DNA from: Faecousia sp. | GTDB taxonomy: Bacteria > Bacillota > Clostridia > Oscillospirales > Oscillospiraceae | Assembly: GCA_045586205.1 (NCBI GenBank) | Contig: JAZMZW010000149.1 | Span: 4,084-68,083 of the forward strand | Length of the DNA: 64,000 nt | Direction: 5' to 3' | Shown here: piece after piece, positions 41,253-50,836 of the stretch | How the letters are laid out: each line of letters opens with the position of its first letter | Position numbering within the stretch: the stretch's first letter is position 1 | Notes under the pieces: model-generated | Told to the model about the DNA's origin: nothing | Database searches by the model: none | Seen by the model: only the letters and a program-made list of their open reading frames with translations | Position numbers and translations under genes: made by a program

Positions 41253-42614
41253 TCACTCCGTCATAAGGGCGGTTTTGCAGGCATTGAGCATCTGGCGCAT
41301 CATGGGAATACAGGTCAGGCCACCGGAGCCACCGTCTTCTACAACTACGATAAATGCAATAGGCATTGCCTCATCCTTGACATAGCCGCAGAACAGGGAG
41401 TTGGCCTCCTGTTCTCCTCCGCGCTGGGCTGTGCCGGTTTTCGCACCTACATATAATTCGGCAAAATTCTGCACACCGTAGCTTTCGACCACTGCCCAGT
41501 GCATGGCCTTGTCCAGTCGTTCTGCCACTTCCTCTCGGATCATAGGCTCACACATGGTGGTGGCAGCACGGTAGGCCTCTACTCCCCCTGTGCGGATCTC
41601 CGACACCACATAGGGCTGTGCGGCAACCCCTCCATTGGCGATAGCGCCCATAAAGACCATATATTGGCAGGGATTGATCTGGTTGGTGGACTGTCCGACA
41701 CCTGCCCATGCAAGGGCATTTTCCGACACATTGTTCAGCTCTACCTTACCCTGTGCCGTACGGAAGCCGTCAAAATACAGCCGTTCCGTAATGCCGATCT
41801 CATCCACATATTTCTGAAGGATCTCCGGTCCAAGCTCCACAGCAAGCTGTGCAAAAACAATGTTGCAGGACTTGGAGACAGCTGTATCAAAATTCAGATC
41901 TCCGTGGGTGCTGTGACAGTTGATGATCTCGTTATTTACCTTCCAGCTACCGTTGCATCGGAAGGTGCGGGTTTCCAGATCCTCCAGCTCTTCGATGGCC
42001 GCCACAGAGGTCACCAGTTTGAAGGTCGAACCGGGTGTATAGGTGGAATGGAGGAAGCGGTTGACATACACACCGTCATAAGCACCACTGTCATCCACCA
42101 CAGAGGGATTCAGGGGATCAAAGTTCGGACCGGACACCATACAGAGGATCTCTCCGGTTTTGTAATTATAGATTCCGATAGTTCCCTTGCGACCTGCCAG
42201 AGCATCCTGTGCCGCCTTCTGGATCTGGGCATGGACTGTCAGTTCCATTGTAACTTCCTGATCGGTCTGCCCCCCGCCAAAGAGGTCATAGGAGGTCAGC
42301 TCATCGGAATAGTTTTCGAAAATATAATCGGGAATATTCCCCTGCACATCGCCCAGAAGATGGAGCGTACTGCTCCGCAAAAGGGCATCGTCGGGGTAAG
42401 TCCGTCCATCTGTGGCATCCACCAGAAGCTGACCTGTACGGTCATATACCTTGCCACTGTTCAGATGGCCGTTGGTATATACACTGGTATTACTCTGATG
42501 CATATACCACTCCTGTGAATGCAGTACATAGCGTACCACAATGACGCACAGTCCCAGGAAAAGGGTCACAGCCAGGAGAGTCGCCGCCCAGGCACGATTT
42601 GCGATTTTATTCAT
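41253..42614 (-). CDS. Class B penicillin-binding protein (PbpA-like)
   Basis: N-terminal TM, PGSTFK, SCN, KTGT. Confidence 0.92.
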   Translation of the reverse strand: MNKIANRAWAATLLAVTLFLGLCVIVVRYVLHSQEWYMHQSNTSVYTNGHLNSGKVYDRTGQLLVDATDGRTYPDDALLRSSTLHLLGDVQGNIPDYIFENYSDELTSYDLFGGGQTDQEVTMELTVHAQIQKAAQDALAGRKGTIGIYNYKTGEILCMVSGPNFDPLNPSVVDDSGAYDGVYVNRFLHSTYTPGSTFKLVTSVAAIEELEDLETRTFRCNGSWKVNNEIINCHSTHGDLNFDTAVSKSCNIVFAQLAVELGPEILQKYVDEIGITERLYFDGFRTAQGKVELNNVSENALAWAGVGQSTNQINPCQYMVFMGAIANGGVAAQPYVVSEIRTGGVEAYRAATTMCEPMIREEVAERLDKAMHWAVVESYGVQNFAELYVGAKTGTAQRGGEQEANSLFCGYVKDEAMPIAFIVVVEDGGSGGLTCIPMMRQMLNACKTALMTE

Positions 42615-44328
42615 CTTTTTTCTCCTTTACACGGGCAACCTTGACTGCTACGGAGGCATTCTGTCGGGTATCCGCACCCTTCACGAAGGCCACCAATCCC
42701 CAACTGCACAGCATACTGGAGCCACCGTTGGATACAAAGGGGAAGGTCACACCCGTCAGGGGCAGAAGATCCATTGTGCCGAACACATTCAATATAGCTT
42801 GGGTCATCATGACCGCTATAGCGGCGCTTGCGCTGATGGTATAAAAGCTACTGCGCCCAACCTTGGCGGAACGAAGGACAAAGACCGCAGGGACGAGAAG
42901 CATAAGTACCATGATCACTGCCATAATGAGACCCCATTCCTCGCTGATAAAGGCGAAGACCAGATCCGTATCGGAAGCACCCACAGCCTTTAACCAGCCT
43001 TGTCCCACTCCCAATCCAAAGAGTCCACCAACGGCAATACGGATCATAGAACGGGTCTGCTGATAGCCCAGGTGGGTATTGGCATGCTCCCACACATGAC
43101 CCCAGCCTGCAAAGCGATCCCGTACATGGTTGCCGAAGAACACGATCACGATCGTCGCTGCAAAGACCAATGCCACAATGGCAAGTGCCACCGTTGCCAC
43201 ATTGCCGGAGCGGAGATAAGCAACCACAAGGAAGGTCACAAAGAAAATCAATGCCGCGCCGAAGTCATTCATCAGCACCAGACAACCGCAGACCACCACG
43301 GAATATACAAGAAAGGACAGTACATTCCGCTTGGTGACTACACGATCCATGGTGGACGCTCCCACAAAGATGAAGCACAGCTTCACCAGCTCCGAGGGCT
43401 GGAAACTGAAGCCACCGATGGCGATCCAGTTGCGTGCGCCGTTGATCTCTTTACCGAAGATCAGGTTCGCCGCCAGAAGAAGCATACCACCTACTGCCGC
43501 CGCATAGCGGAACAGCTTGGCAGTATTCAAGCTACGCAGGGACAGGGATATGACCAGATAGATCAACACACCGACGGCAATACAGATCACCTGCTTGTGG
43601 ATCTCGCCGGGACTGTCGGAGGCAATGACCGACAAGCCCAGGGTTGAAAGGAAGAAGCTCAAAAGTTCCACCTCAAAGCCACTGCAACCGGTGGCGCGGA
43701 TGATCAAGAACAGAAGCCACTCGATGCCAATGAGGAGCAGGAAACCGGTATACACCTGCATGGAATAGGCAGGCTTGGTGACCATCCACAGGCACAGCCC
43801 CGTAACAAACTGGAACAGGGTCAGCATAAGCAGGGTCACACTGGGCAGAGCCTGATCCACAGGACGGGTACGCAGGGAGTTCTGCTCTTGGATCTCTCTG
43901 TCCGTCACCGGTGTCAGAGTGAATTCCACACCGCCCAGTGACACCGTATCTCCGTATTGGACAACCGTAGCACTTACCGTCCGACCGTTGACCTTGACAC
44001 CGTTTTTACCGCCGATGTCCGTCACGGACCAGCTCCCGTCGTCATAACGGGTGAGAGCTGCGTGAAAACGGGACACCGTTGAAAATTTCAGAATAATATC
44101 ACTGGATCTGGCACTGCCGATGATGTTCTCCCAATGTGTCACAGGGAGCATCTGACCGTCCTTCATTTTCAGCCAGCCCCAAATCTCCGGCTCTTGACGG
44201 AAGCGGAGCAAGGGCTTGGCGCAACGCCAAAGGATAAACAGTGCCATCACCGGGGCAATATATCGCCAGGCCGATACCATAGCCTGTGCAATTTCTAAGC
44301 CTTCCATTTGGAAGAATGCATTGGACAA
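42607..44328 (-). CDS. FHA domain fused to SEDS glycosyltransferase (RodA/FtsW family)
   Basis: FHA motifs (IGS...VSRFHA...NGVKVNG); SEDS motifs (QPSELVK, DFGAAL, TDLVFA...EEWG, PFVSNGGSS). Confidence 0.9.
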   Translation of the reverse strand: MSNAFFQMEGLEIAQAMVSAWRYIAPVMALFILWRCAKPLLRFRQEPEIWGWLKMKDGQMLPVTHWENIIGSARSSDIILKFSTVSRFHAALTRYDDGSWSVTDIGGKNGVKVNGRTVSATVVQYGDTVSLGGVEFTLTPVTDREIQEQNSLRTRPVDQALPSVTLLMLTLFQFVTGLCLWMVTKPAYSMQVYTGFLLLIGIEWLLFLIIRATGCSGFEVELLSFFLSTLGLSVIASDSPGEIHKQVICIAVGVLIYLVISLSLRSLNTAKLFRYAAAVGGMLLLAANLIFGKEINGARNWIAIGGFSFQPSELVKLCFIFVGASTMDRVVTKRNVLSFLVYSVVVCGCLVLMNDFGAALIFFVTFLVVAYLRSGNVATVALAIVALVFAATIVIVFFGNHVRDRFAGWGHVWEHANTHLGYQQTRSMIRIAVGGLFGLGVGQGWLKAVGASDTDLVFAFISEEWGLIMAVIMVLMLLVPAVFVLRSAKVGRSSFYTISASAAIAVMMTQAILNVFGTMDLLPLTGVTFPFVSNGGSSMLCSWGLVAFVKGADTRQNASVAVKVARVKEKKDE

Positions 44329-44365
44329 AGCTTTCGCCCTCCTTTCCCATTAGACCTCCGAGAGG

Positions 44366-45655
44366 TCAGTCTTCGTAATTGCTGTCTTCCTCTGCATTGC
44401 GGTCATAGCCCAAGGACTCCCGTTGCAGGGGAAGGGGCTTTTCTACCACAGGCAGATCCGTCACCGATGTTACATCGCAATACAGATCCGTGTCTGTCGG
44501 CAAGCGCTTCTTCCGCAGACGCTTGTTCACTCCGTCTGCAATGAGTGTATAGACCACGGCGAAAATCGGCACACCGATGAGCATTCCCATAAAGCCGAAT
44601 ACACCGCCGGAGATCAGGATGGATACCAGAACCCAGAAGTCTGAGATCCCAAGCTTCTCTCCCAAAATACGGTTCTCAATAATATTTCCGTCGATTATCT
44701 GCAAAATCAGAATAAAGATACCGAAATAGACTGCATCAACGGGATTCTCAATGAGCAGAAGAATGACAGAGGGGATCGCTCCAATAAAAGGCCCAAAGAA
44801 GGGGATAATGTTGGTAGCACCCACAAGGACGGAGATCAGGGGTGCAAAGGGTACATCCATGATCAGCAGGGCAATATACGTCACCACACCCACAAACATG
44901 GCATCGATCAGCTTGCCGATCACATACCCACTGAAGATCCGATTTGTCCGACGGGCAACTGTAAAGAACCGATCCGCCCGTTCCGTACGGAAGACAGCAA
45001 TCGCAAGCTTCTTGGTCTGTGCGCACAGCTCCCGTTTGTACACCAGAATATAGACCCCGGCAATGACACCGATCAGCATATTGAACACCGTTGCCATGAC
45101 GCTGTATACGGAGCTGAATGCACCCAGAAGGATCTGTAGCAAATTCAGATTCTTCAGGTAATTTGCCACCATATTCATGAGGTCTTCAAAATTATTCTCC
45201 ATCCAAGTACCCAGAGGAGTCCCCTCAAAGGTTCCGTGCACCCAGTTCATCACCGTATTGTAATAGCCCTGTAAACGCTCCGCAGAAACCAGTTCCACAA
45301 TGCTTGTATAAATGCTGGGTGCGATCATGGCGATGAGGGCATAGATGGCCGCCACAAAAATCAAAACTGTCAGGGTCACAGCGATCCACTTGACCACTGT
45401 ATCCTTCCGCTTATCCTTCCACTTGGTCTTGCGGAACAGCTTGTACAGGCAACGCTCTGCAAATTGCAAAATTGGGTTCATCAAATATGCAAACACACAA
45501 CCGTAGAGCAGAGAGGAAATGATCTTCAAGAAATCCAAAATCAGGGCATACACCCCTCCCAGATTGGAAAAGATCAGCCAGAACAGCACTGCGGCAACCA
45601 GCACCAGAAAGCCTGTTAAGCCCCATTTGAAATACTTATTGTTCCTTTGCAGCAT
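44366..45655 (-). CDS. AI-2E family transporter
   Basis: AYLMNP, NIIPFFGPFIG, QIIDGNII. Confidence 0.88.
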   Translation of the reverse strand: MLQRNNKYFKWGLTGFLVLVAAVLFWLIFSNLGGVYALILDFLKIISSLLYGCVFAYLMNPILQFAERCLYKLFRKTKWKDKRKDTVVKWIAVTLTVLIFVAAIYALIAMIAPSIYTSIVELVSAERLQGYYNTVMNWVHGTFEGTPLGTWMENNFEDLMNMVANYLKNLNLLQILLGAFSSVYSVMATVFNMLIGVIAGVYILVYKRELCAQTKKLAIAVFRTERADRFFTVARRTNRIFSGYVIGKLIDAMFVGVVTYIALLIMDVPFAPLISVLVGATNIIPFFGPFIGAIPSVILLLIENPVDAVYFGIFILILQIIDGNIIENRILGEKLGISDFWVLVSILISGGVFGFMGMLIGVPIFAVVYTLIADGVNKRLRKKRLPTDTDLYCDVTSVTDLPVVEKPLPLQRESLGYDRNAEEDSNYED

Positions 45656-45795
45656 TCCAATACTCCCTCCTCGATATTTGTAAAAATCTGCATATACATA
45701 TATAGAATACCACGATTGAGAAGAATCGTCAAGTGGAGAAAAAAAGCACTTGCCCTTTTCCGACCTTTGTGGTATGGTATGATAGGGTGATAATT

Positions 45796-46788
45796 ATGGC
45801 AAAAACCGAAGGCCAGAAGCTAAAGCTTCTGTATTTGAAAGATTATTTGTGCAAAAACACAGACGAAACTCATCCGGCCTCTGCCCAAGTCCTGCTGGAT
45901 CATCTGGAGAATCTGGGCATCCGTGCGGAACGGAAAAGTCTGTATACCGACCTAGCCGCCCTGAATCTCTACGGGCTGGAAGTAGAATACCGTCGCAGTT
46001 CCCCGGAGGGCTACTATGTCAAAAAACGGGACTTTGAGATCTCGGAGCTGAAATTTCTGGTAGATGCTGTCCTGTCCTCCCGTTTCCTCTCCCCGAAACA
46101 TTCTGCCCAATTGATCCGCAAATTAGCCGCCCTTTCCAGCATTCATGAAGCGGAATTGCTCCGCCGTGAGATCGTGCTGGCAGGCCGTGTGAAATCAGAA
46201 AGTGAAGAAAGCTTCACCGCCATCGACACCCTCCACGAGGCCATCGCCCTGAACCGCAAGATCCGCTTCCGCTATTTTGACTGGGGTGTGGACCTGAAAA
46301 AGCACTTCCGTCAAGGGATCTATGAAGCCAGTCCCTATACCCTGCTGTGGGATGACGAGAACTATTATCTGGTGGCACACAGCAACAAGCACGGACTGAC
46401 CCACTACCGTGTGGATAAAATGGAGGAGATCCACCTGACCCAAGAGCCCCGTACAGTTACGGAGGAAACCCGTGCCTTCGATCCCGGTACATATTCCAAG
46501 GAAATGTTCGGCATGTTCCGTGGGGAGCGACTGCGGGTAAAGCTTCGTTTTGCCTCCTCTCTGGCAGGTGTGGTGGTAGACCGCTTCGGCAAAGAGCTGG
46601 TATTGACCCCCGACGGTGAAGATGCCTTCACCTTTCAGACCGAGGTTGCCCTGTCTCCCAACTTCTTTGCCTGGCTCTGCCGTTTCAGCGGTCGCGCCAA
46701 CATCATCCATCCCCCGGAGGCGGTAGATGCCTACAGAGACTACTGCCGGAAGCTACTGGATTCCGCTGAAGATTCTATTAAAAAGTGA
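45796..46788 (+). CDS. wHTH-WYL-WCX transcriptional regulator
   Basis: TDETHP...ERKSLYTDL HTH; SPY.L...NYYL...YRVDKM WYL domain. Confidence 0.9.
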   Translation: MAKTEGQKLKLLYLKDYLCKNTDETHPASAQVLLDHLENLGIRAERKSLYTDLAALNLYGLEVEYRRSSPEGYYVKKRDFEISELKFLVDAVLSSRFLSPKHSAQLIRKLAALSSIHEAELLRREIVLAGRVKSESEESFTAIDTLHEAIALNRKIRFRYFDWGVDLKKHFRQGIYEASPYTLLWDDENYYLVAHSNKHGLTHYRVDKMEEIHLTQEPRTVTEETRAFDPGTYSKEMFGMFRGERLRVKLRFASSLAGVVVDRFGKELVLTPDGEDAFTFQTEVALSPNFFAWLCRFSGRANIIHPPEAVDAYRDYCRKLLDSAEDSIKK

Positions 46789-46822
46789 TGTCGCTACGCC
46801 GATTGAGGAAAGGAGTATAGCA

Positions 46823-46900
46823 ATGCTGTTTGAGGAGAAGCAAATCATTTTGAAAGACAACACTTATCGTAGCGAGTTCCACATGCAGAAATATCTGTAA
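46823..46900 (+). pseudogene. 25-aa remnant, probably an internally deleted GNAT acetyltransferase
   Basis: Strong RBS GAAAGGAG; MLFEEKQIILKDNTYRSEFHMQKYL looks like the N- and C-termini of a GNAT joined together. Confidence 0.5.
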
Positions 46901-47103
46901 CCCCTTCCAAGCGCAGTTCCGTCTGTTTGATCATACGATCTTTGCATATCCTTTTGCAAAACAGAGCGATAAACCGGAATTTAGCTTATCGGCCTGTTTG
47001 ATGTTTTGTACAAGCTACCGTAAGAATATGTAGCAACCATCATTGATCGGCGTAGATGGCACTTCAATGACTGTCAAGCCTTTCTTCAGAGGTATGCACC
47101 GAT

Positions 47104-47255
47104 CGTAGGGCAAGCTGCCTCAGCTTGCCGGTGCAGGAATCGAAAATTTGTACCGCAGTTCGTTTTCTTGGTGGAACTACCTGATTTGTGCCGTTTTGCA
47201 AGTCACACAAGTCTGCCGCTTCGCGGACGGCAAGCTGGGGGCAGCTTGCCCTACG
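47104..47255. repeat. GTAG-type REP doublet (REPIN-like)
   Basis: CGTAGGGCAAGCTGCCTCAGCTTGCCG and inverted CGGCAAGCTGGGGGCAGCTTGCCCTACG. Confidence 0.75.
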
Positions 47256-47603
47256 GTTAATATGTGCGTTTATATGTCATTTCCCGTTTCTGTAGTGCCT
47301 GCATCGCCGATCAGTGATCGGCGCTACGAAGGAAGTCGATGGTGTGTGCGATGGAAACTATCACAGGCTATAAACAGACCGACAAATTTCAGTTTATCGC
47401 TCTGATGATTTGACGCTTTGTGTCATGAATTGATGCGCGGCATCATGATTTCTCGCTACGCTCCATGATTTGAATTGCCAAAAAACAATGTGCCGTAAGG
47501 CACAAATCATGCCGTAAGGCAAATCATGGCATAGCTAATTCATGCCCGGCAGGGCAATTCATTATCGTACTGAAAGCACGATAAACCGGAATTTGAAGAT
47601 AGG

Positions 47604-47646
47604 AAAAGCCCCTGATCAGGAAGCAAACGCTTGTTGATCAGGGGCT
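47604..47646 (-). terminator. Terminator after the secreted-enzyme cluster
   Basis: AGCCCCTGATCA...TGATCAGGGGCT-TTT. Confidence 0.75.
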
Positions 47647-47652
47647 CGGTAT

Positions 47653-50600
47653 TTATCCGACGAAGTAGGCCTTTGCGCTATCGGAGTAGGCGAAGAGGGC
47701 CTTGCAGACGGTCAAAAGCTGATCGGTTTTGTTGTTGCCGTAGGTATCTGCACTATAGGTCAGGGTGTTGGAAACGGGAGTATCCCCTGCCATGACCCGT
47801 ACGGTTACAGCCGTACGAAGCTCTGCAGCAAGAAGTCCGTAATAGGAGAAAGCGTAAAGGCCGTCTTCCTCTCGATAGACTTCGATCCCTCGGAGGGTCT
47901 CGATCCGTGTTTGTCCTTTATAATCCACATAGGTGACGATCATGGACAGGTCTTCAAGGTTCCCTTGATATTTAGATAGGTCGGCAATGAACTTGATACC
48001 AACCTTGGATTGAAGATCCAGAGTCTTACCCATCCAGACCACAGATGGATCGGACAGTTCCTCTCCCACCTGATTGAGAGATCCGAAGGTCACGGTATCA
48101 AGGCCTGTCAAGTAGCTCTTCTGTTCTTCCGTCATGTTGGCATCTGCAAGGGTATCCGTCCGGTAGCCCTTGTAAGTCTGGATGGCAGAGCCGTACCGAA
48201 GGAGATCTGCACACAGGGTCTTAAGGGTCTGAGGGATAGAGGCTTTCCCCATCTGGGAATAGGCATAGGTTGCAATGCTGTAGGTATCTACAGGGGATCG
48301 GTAGTTCTGCCCATCCTTGGTGCCGTAGAGGGTCGTAGATAAGTCTGTGGTCATGTGGATAGCTGTGAGCCCCTCTAAGGTAAAGTAGTAATAGCTTCCC
48401 TTAAGCTCCGGTTCCAAAATGATCGCCCGCTCTTCCCCCTCTTCATTTCCCACATGGTCGTAGTAGCGGCACTCGGCATAAACGGTATCCATATCATAGC
48501 CTTCCATGGCTTCCACAGCGACAGCAAAGTTCACGGAAATATCGCTTGCTAAGTTAAGAGTATGCCCCAACTTCAGAGCACTGTCTTCCGTCGGTTCGGT
48601 GGGTTCGATGTATTCCACAGCACCGCAGACGCAAATCCCGTCTACAAATGCATGGTCTTTTATGATATTGGTACTGCAATAGACACAGTATGCGCTGTGG
48701 GTTCCGTCTCCCAGATCCGTGTAGCTACTGTAGCTGTGCCCCTTGTCCGGATCTGTGGCAGGGATATTATTGACATCCGTGGGGAAATACAGCACCTGAG
48801 GACCGTAGCCGGATACATAGTCTACCGTACCGATAGCCTTAGTCCACTGTCTTGTGTAATACTGGGTGATACTGTAATCTGCTGTAGCGGCATAGTCCCA
48901 CTTGGGCGTGGGCCAGAGAGCAATGTCCGGATCGATGGCCTCATAGACCACCTGTTGGACATTATTGGTGCCGTGGTGGGCGATCTGGACAATATCGCTC
49001 TTGAGGCTGAAATATTGGGTGCTGTCGGCCTTGTTGGCATCGTGGTAGCGTTTGAGCATAATGCCCGCAGACTGCGCCGCATCTCCGAGGAATAAGATGG
49101 TCTTGCTTCCCATGGTTACACGGAATACCACACTGGAGTTGTTCAGGTTATCTGCTGTCAATTGGGCGATGGTCTCATTGGTGTAGACATGTCCTGCATT
49201 GGCCTTGGTGCCGGAAAACTTGGTGGTAATGTTATCACAGCCCCAGAACAGGTCATCCACCGTCATAAGGATATCAAAATGGACATCATCAAAGTCAAAG
49301 GAAGAATTGCACTTTCCGCTGTGAACAGGATTAACGCTAACGATCCGAGTGGGATTTCCCTGCCGATCCTTTAGCAGTCCCACTTTGTTCAGGATATTTG
49401 CCACAGCATTCTTGATCTTAGTCGGGTTGGCATTATAGAAATATTTGTCTGTTTCCTCCGCCGTAGGCATACGGTGATAGAAGGTATCTACGGTCACTTG
49501 GGAAGCATATTTGTTGGCAAACTCTAACAGGACTCCGTAATGATCCCCGTGGGGATGGGTCAGGAACCAAGCATCAATATGGGGATTGGTCTCCCCCGTG
49601 ACCTTTTGTAAGTAAGAGAACATATATGCACCGTCATACTCGCTCCAACCACCATCAATGACGATGGTCTTCCCCTTCCCGGTGCGGATGACGTAGGACA
49701 TATTCTGCTGATAGTCGTTTTTATCCGTATCGGGATTGACGCAAGGGAGCTGGTGGAGGGTCGCCACTCCCGTACTGTTGGTGATGGGAGAAAGGGTACC
49801 CATGTTCATAAGATCGATGGAATAGATCATCTGCCCATCTGTCCGGGAATTTCCCTCCACGGCAAAATAGATCTTTCCGTTTAAAACTTGCAGACCGTTA
49901 ATAGAAGAAGTGCCTACATTGGCAATGGTGGCCTGACAGAGGAATTTGCCGGAACTGTTCAGCTTGCCGATCATAGGAACCACACCCTCACCGGCACCAC
50001 CGCAGGTAAAGATGGTATTCTTGTCATACAGCTCTACCCCTTGGAAAGAGCCGTTGGGGCGGACGATCTGATCGGCGCCGGATTGGGTCAGGGAATACAT
50101 GATCTTCTTCCGAGGGGCCTCCTTAGATAGGTCAACAGATTGGCTTGCATCCAGCAGCTCGTTGAGTCCCTTGGTGTCATAGCACGCATAGGTAACAGTG
50201 CCTTCCGTGGTCTGTACACGGAAGATGGTGTATTGGCTGTCGGCACAAACATTGTTGCGGTACAAGGTGCCCACACGGGAACCGTCTGTGGTCACATAGT
50301 TCAGGTGATCAAAGCGGTTCAGCTGGGTATAGGTGTAAGTCTTACCTGCTTCATAAGGCACTCTGGCCACCTGTGTGGAATAGTTGGTAGTTGCAGAGGT
50401 GTCGATCTTGCAACCTACATAGAAATACAGCTTATTGTTGTAATAGTAGCCTGCAAGGGATTCTCCGCGACCGCAGTTGTTCAGGGTCATGTGATCCCGG
50501 TAAACTGCCTTATCCCCTTGGATCTCCAATCTGGACAAGTAAGTGATGCCACTTCCCCCGTGCTGGGTTAAATATAAAGTATCACCATCTATAAAAAAAT

Positions 50601-50757
50601 TCTGAACGATAAGCCCATAGGGCAAGCCCGTGAGGGTATAGCGATACTCTGCATTGAGGCTAACGGATTCCGCAGGCATAGGAGCCGCCAACACCGTAGG
50701 AATAGGGGAAAGTAGGAGTGCCAATACCAAGAGAACCGCAAAAATTCTTGTTTTCAT
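47653..50757 (-). CDS. Secreted protein: helveticin-J-like propeller, metallo-beta-lactamase-fold (ComEC/Pce-like) hydrolase and conserved C-terminal domain
   Basis: Signal peptide; THPHGDH, NNSSVV, LFLGDA and QIAHHG MBL motifs; shared C-terminal domain. Confidence 0.82.
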   Translation of the reverse strand: MKTRIFAVLLVLALLLSPIPTVLAAPMPAESVSLNAEYRYTLTGLPYGLIVQNFFIDGDTLYLTQHGGSGITYLSRLEIQGDKAVYRDHMTLNNCGRGESLAGYYYNNKLYFYVGCKIDTSATTNYSTQVARVPYEAGKTYTYTQLNRFDHLNYVTTDGSRVGTLYRNNVCADSQYTIFRVQTTEGTVTYACYDTKGLNELLDASQSVDLSKEAPRKKIMYSLTQSGADQIVRPNGSFQGVELYDKNTIFTCGGAGEGVVPMIGKLNSSGKFLCQATIANVGTSSINGLQVLNGKIYFAVEGNSRTDGQMIYSIDLMNMGTLSPITNSTGVATLHQLPCVNPDTDKNDYQQNMSYVIRTGKGKTIVIDGGWSEYDGAYMFSYLQKVTGETNPHIDAWFLTHPHGDHYGVLLEFANKYASQVTVDTFYHRMPTAEETDKYFYNANPTKIKNAVANILNKVGLLKDRQGNPTRIVSVNPVHSGKCNSSFDFDDVHFDILMTVDDLFWGCDNITTKFSGTKANAGHVYTNETIAQLTADNLNNSSVVFRVTMGSKTILFLGDAAQSAGIMLKRYHDANKADSTQYFSLKSDIVQIAHHGTNNVQQVVYEAIDPDIALWPTPKWDYAATADYSITQYYTRQWTKAIGTVDYVSGYGPQVLYFPTDVNNIPATDPDKGHSYSSYTDLGDGTHSAYCVYCSTNIIKDHAFVDGICVCGAVEYIEPTEPTEDSALKLGHTLNLASDISVNFAVAVEAMEGYDMDTVYAECRYYDHVGNEEGEERAIILEPELKGSYYYFTLEGLTAIHMTTDLSTTLYGTKDGQNYRSPVDTYSIATYAYSQMGKASIPQTLKTLCADLLRYGSAIQTYKGYRTDTLADANMTEEQKSYLTGLDTVTFGSLNQVGEELSDPSVVWMGKTLDLQSKVGIKFIADLSKYQGNLEDLSMIVTYVDYKGQTRIETLRGIEVYREEDGLYAFSYYGLLAAELRTAVTVRVMAGDTPVSNTLTYSADTYGNNKTDQLLTVCKALFAYSDSAKAYFVG

Positions 50758-50836
50758 CCTTTTCTCCTTTCATCAAGGTACAATTATGTTACTTAGCACC
50801 GGAGTACTGAAGCATAGCTCCGGTACTCCTATAAGT

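Noticed and set aside
45796-46788. WYL regulator as marker of a defence island
   Set aside because: No nuclease, RM, toxin or other defence genes nearby; it resembles the common stand-alone clostridial WYL regulator.
40920-47562. Short periodic repeats at 40.9 kb and 47.4 kb as CRISPR arrays
   Set aside because: Repeats are 7-8 nt with 9-14 nt self-complementary spacers, and there are no cas genes.
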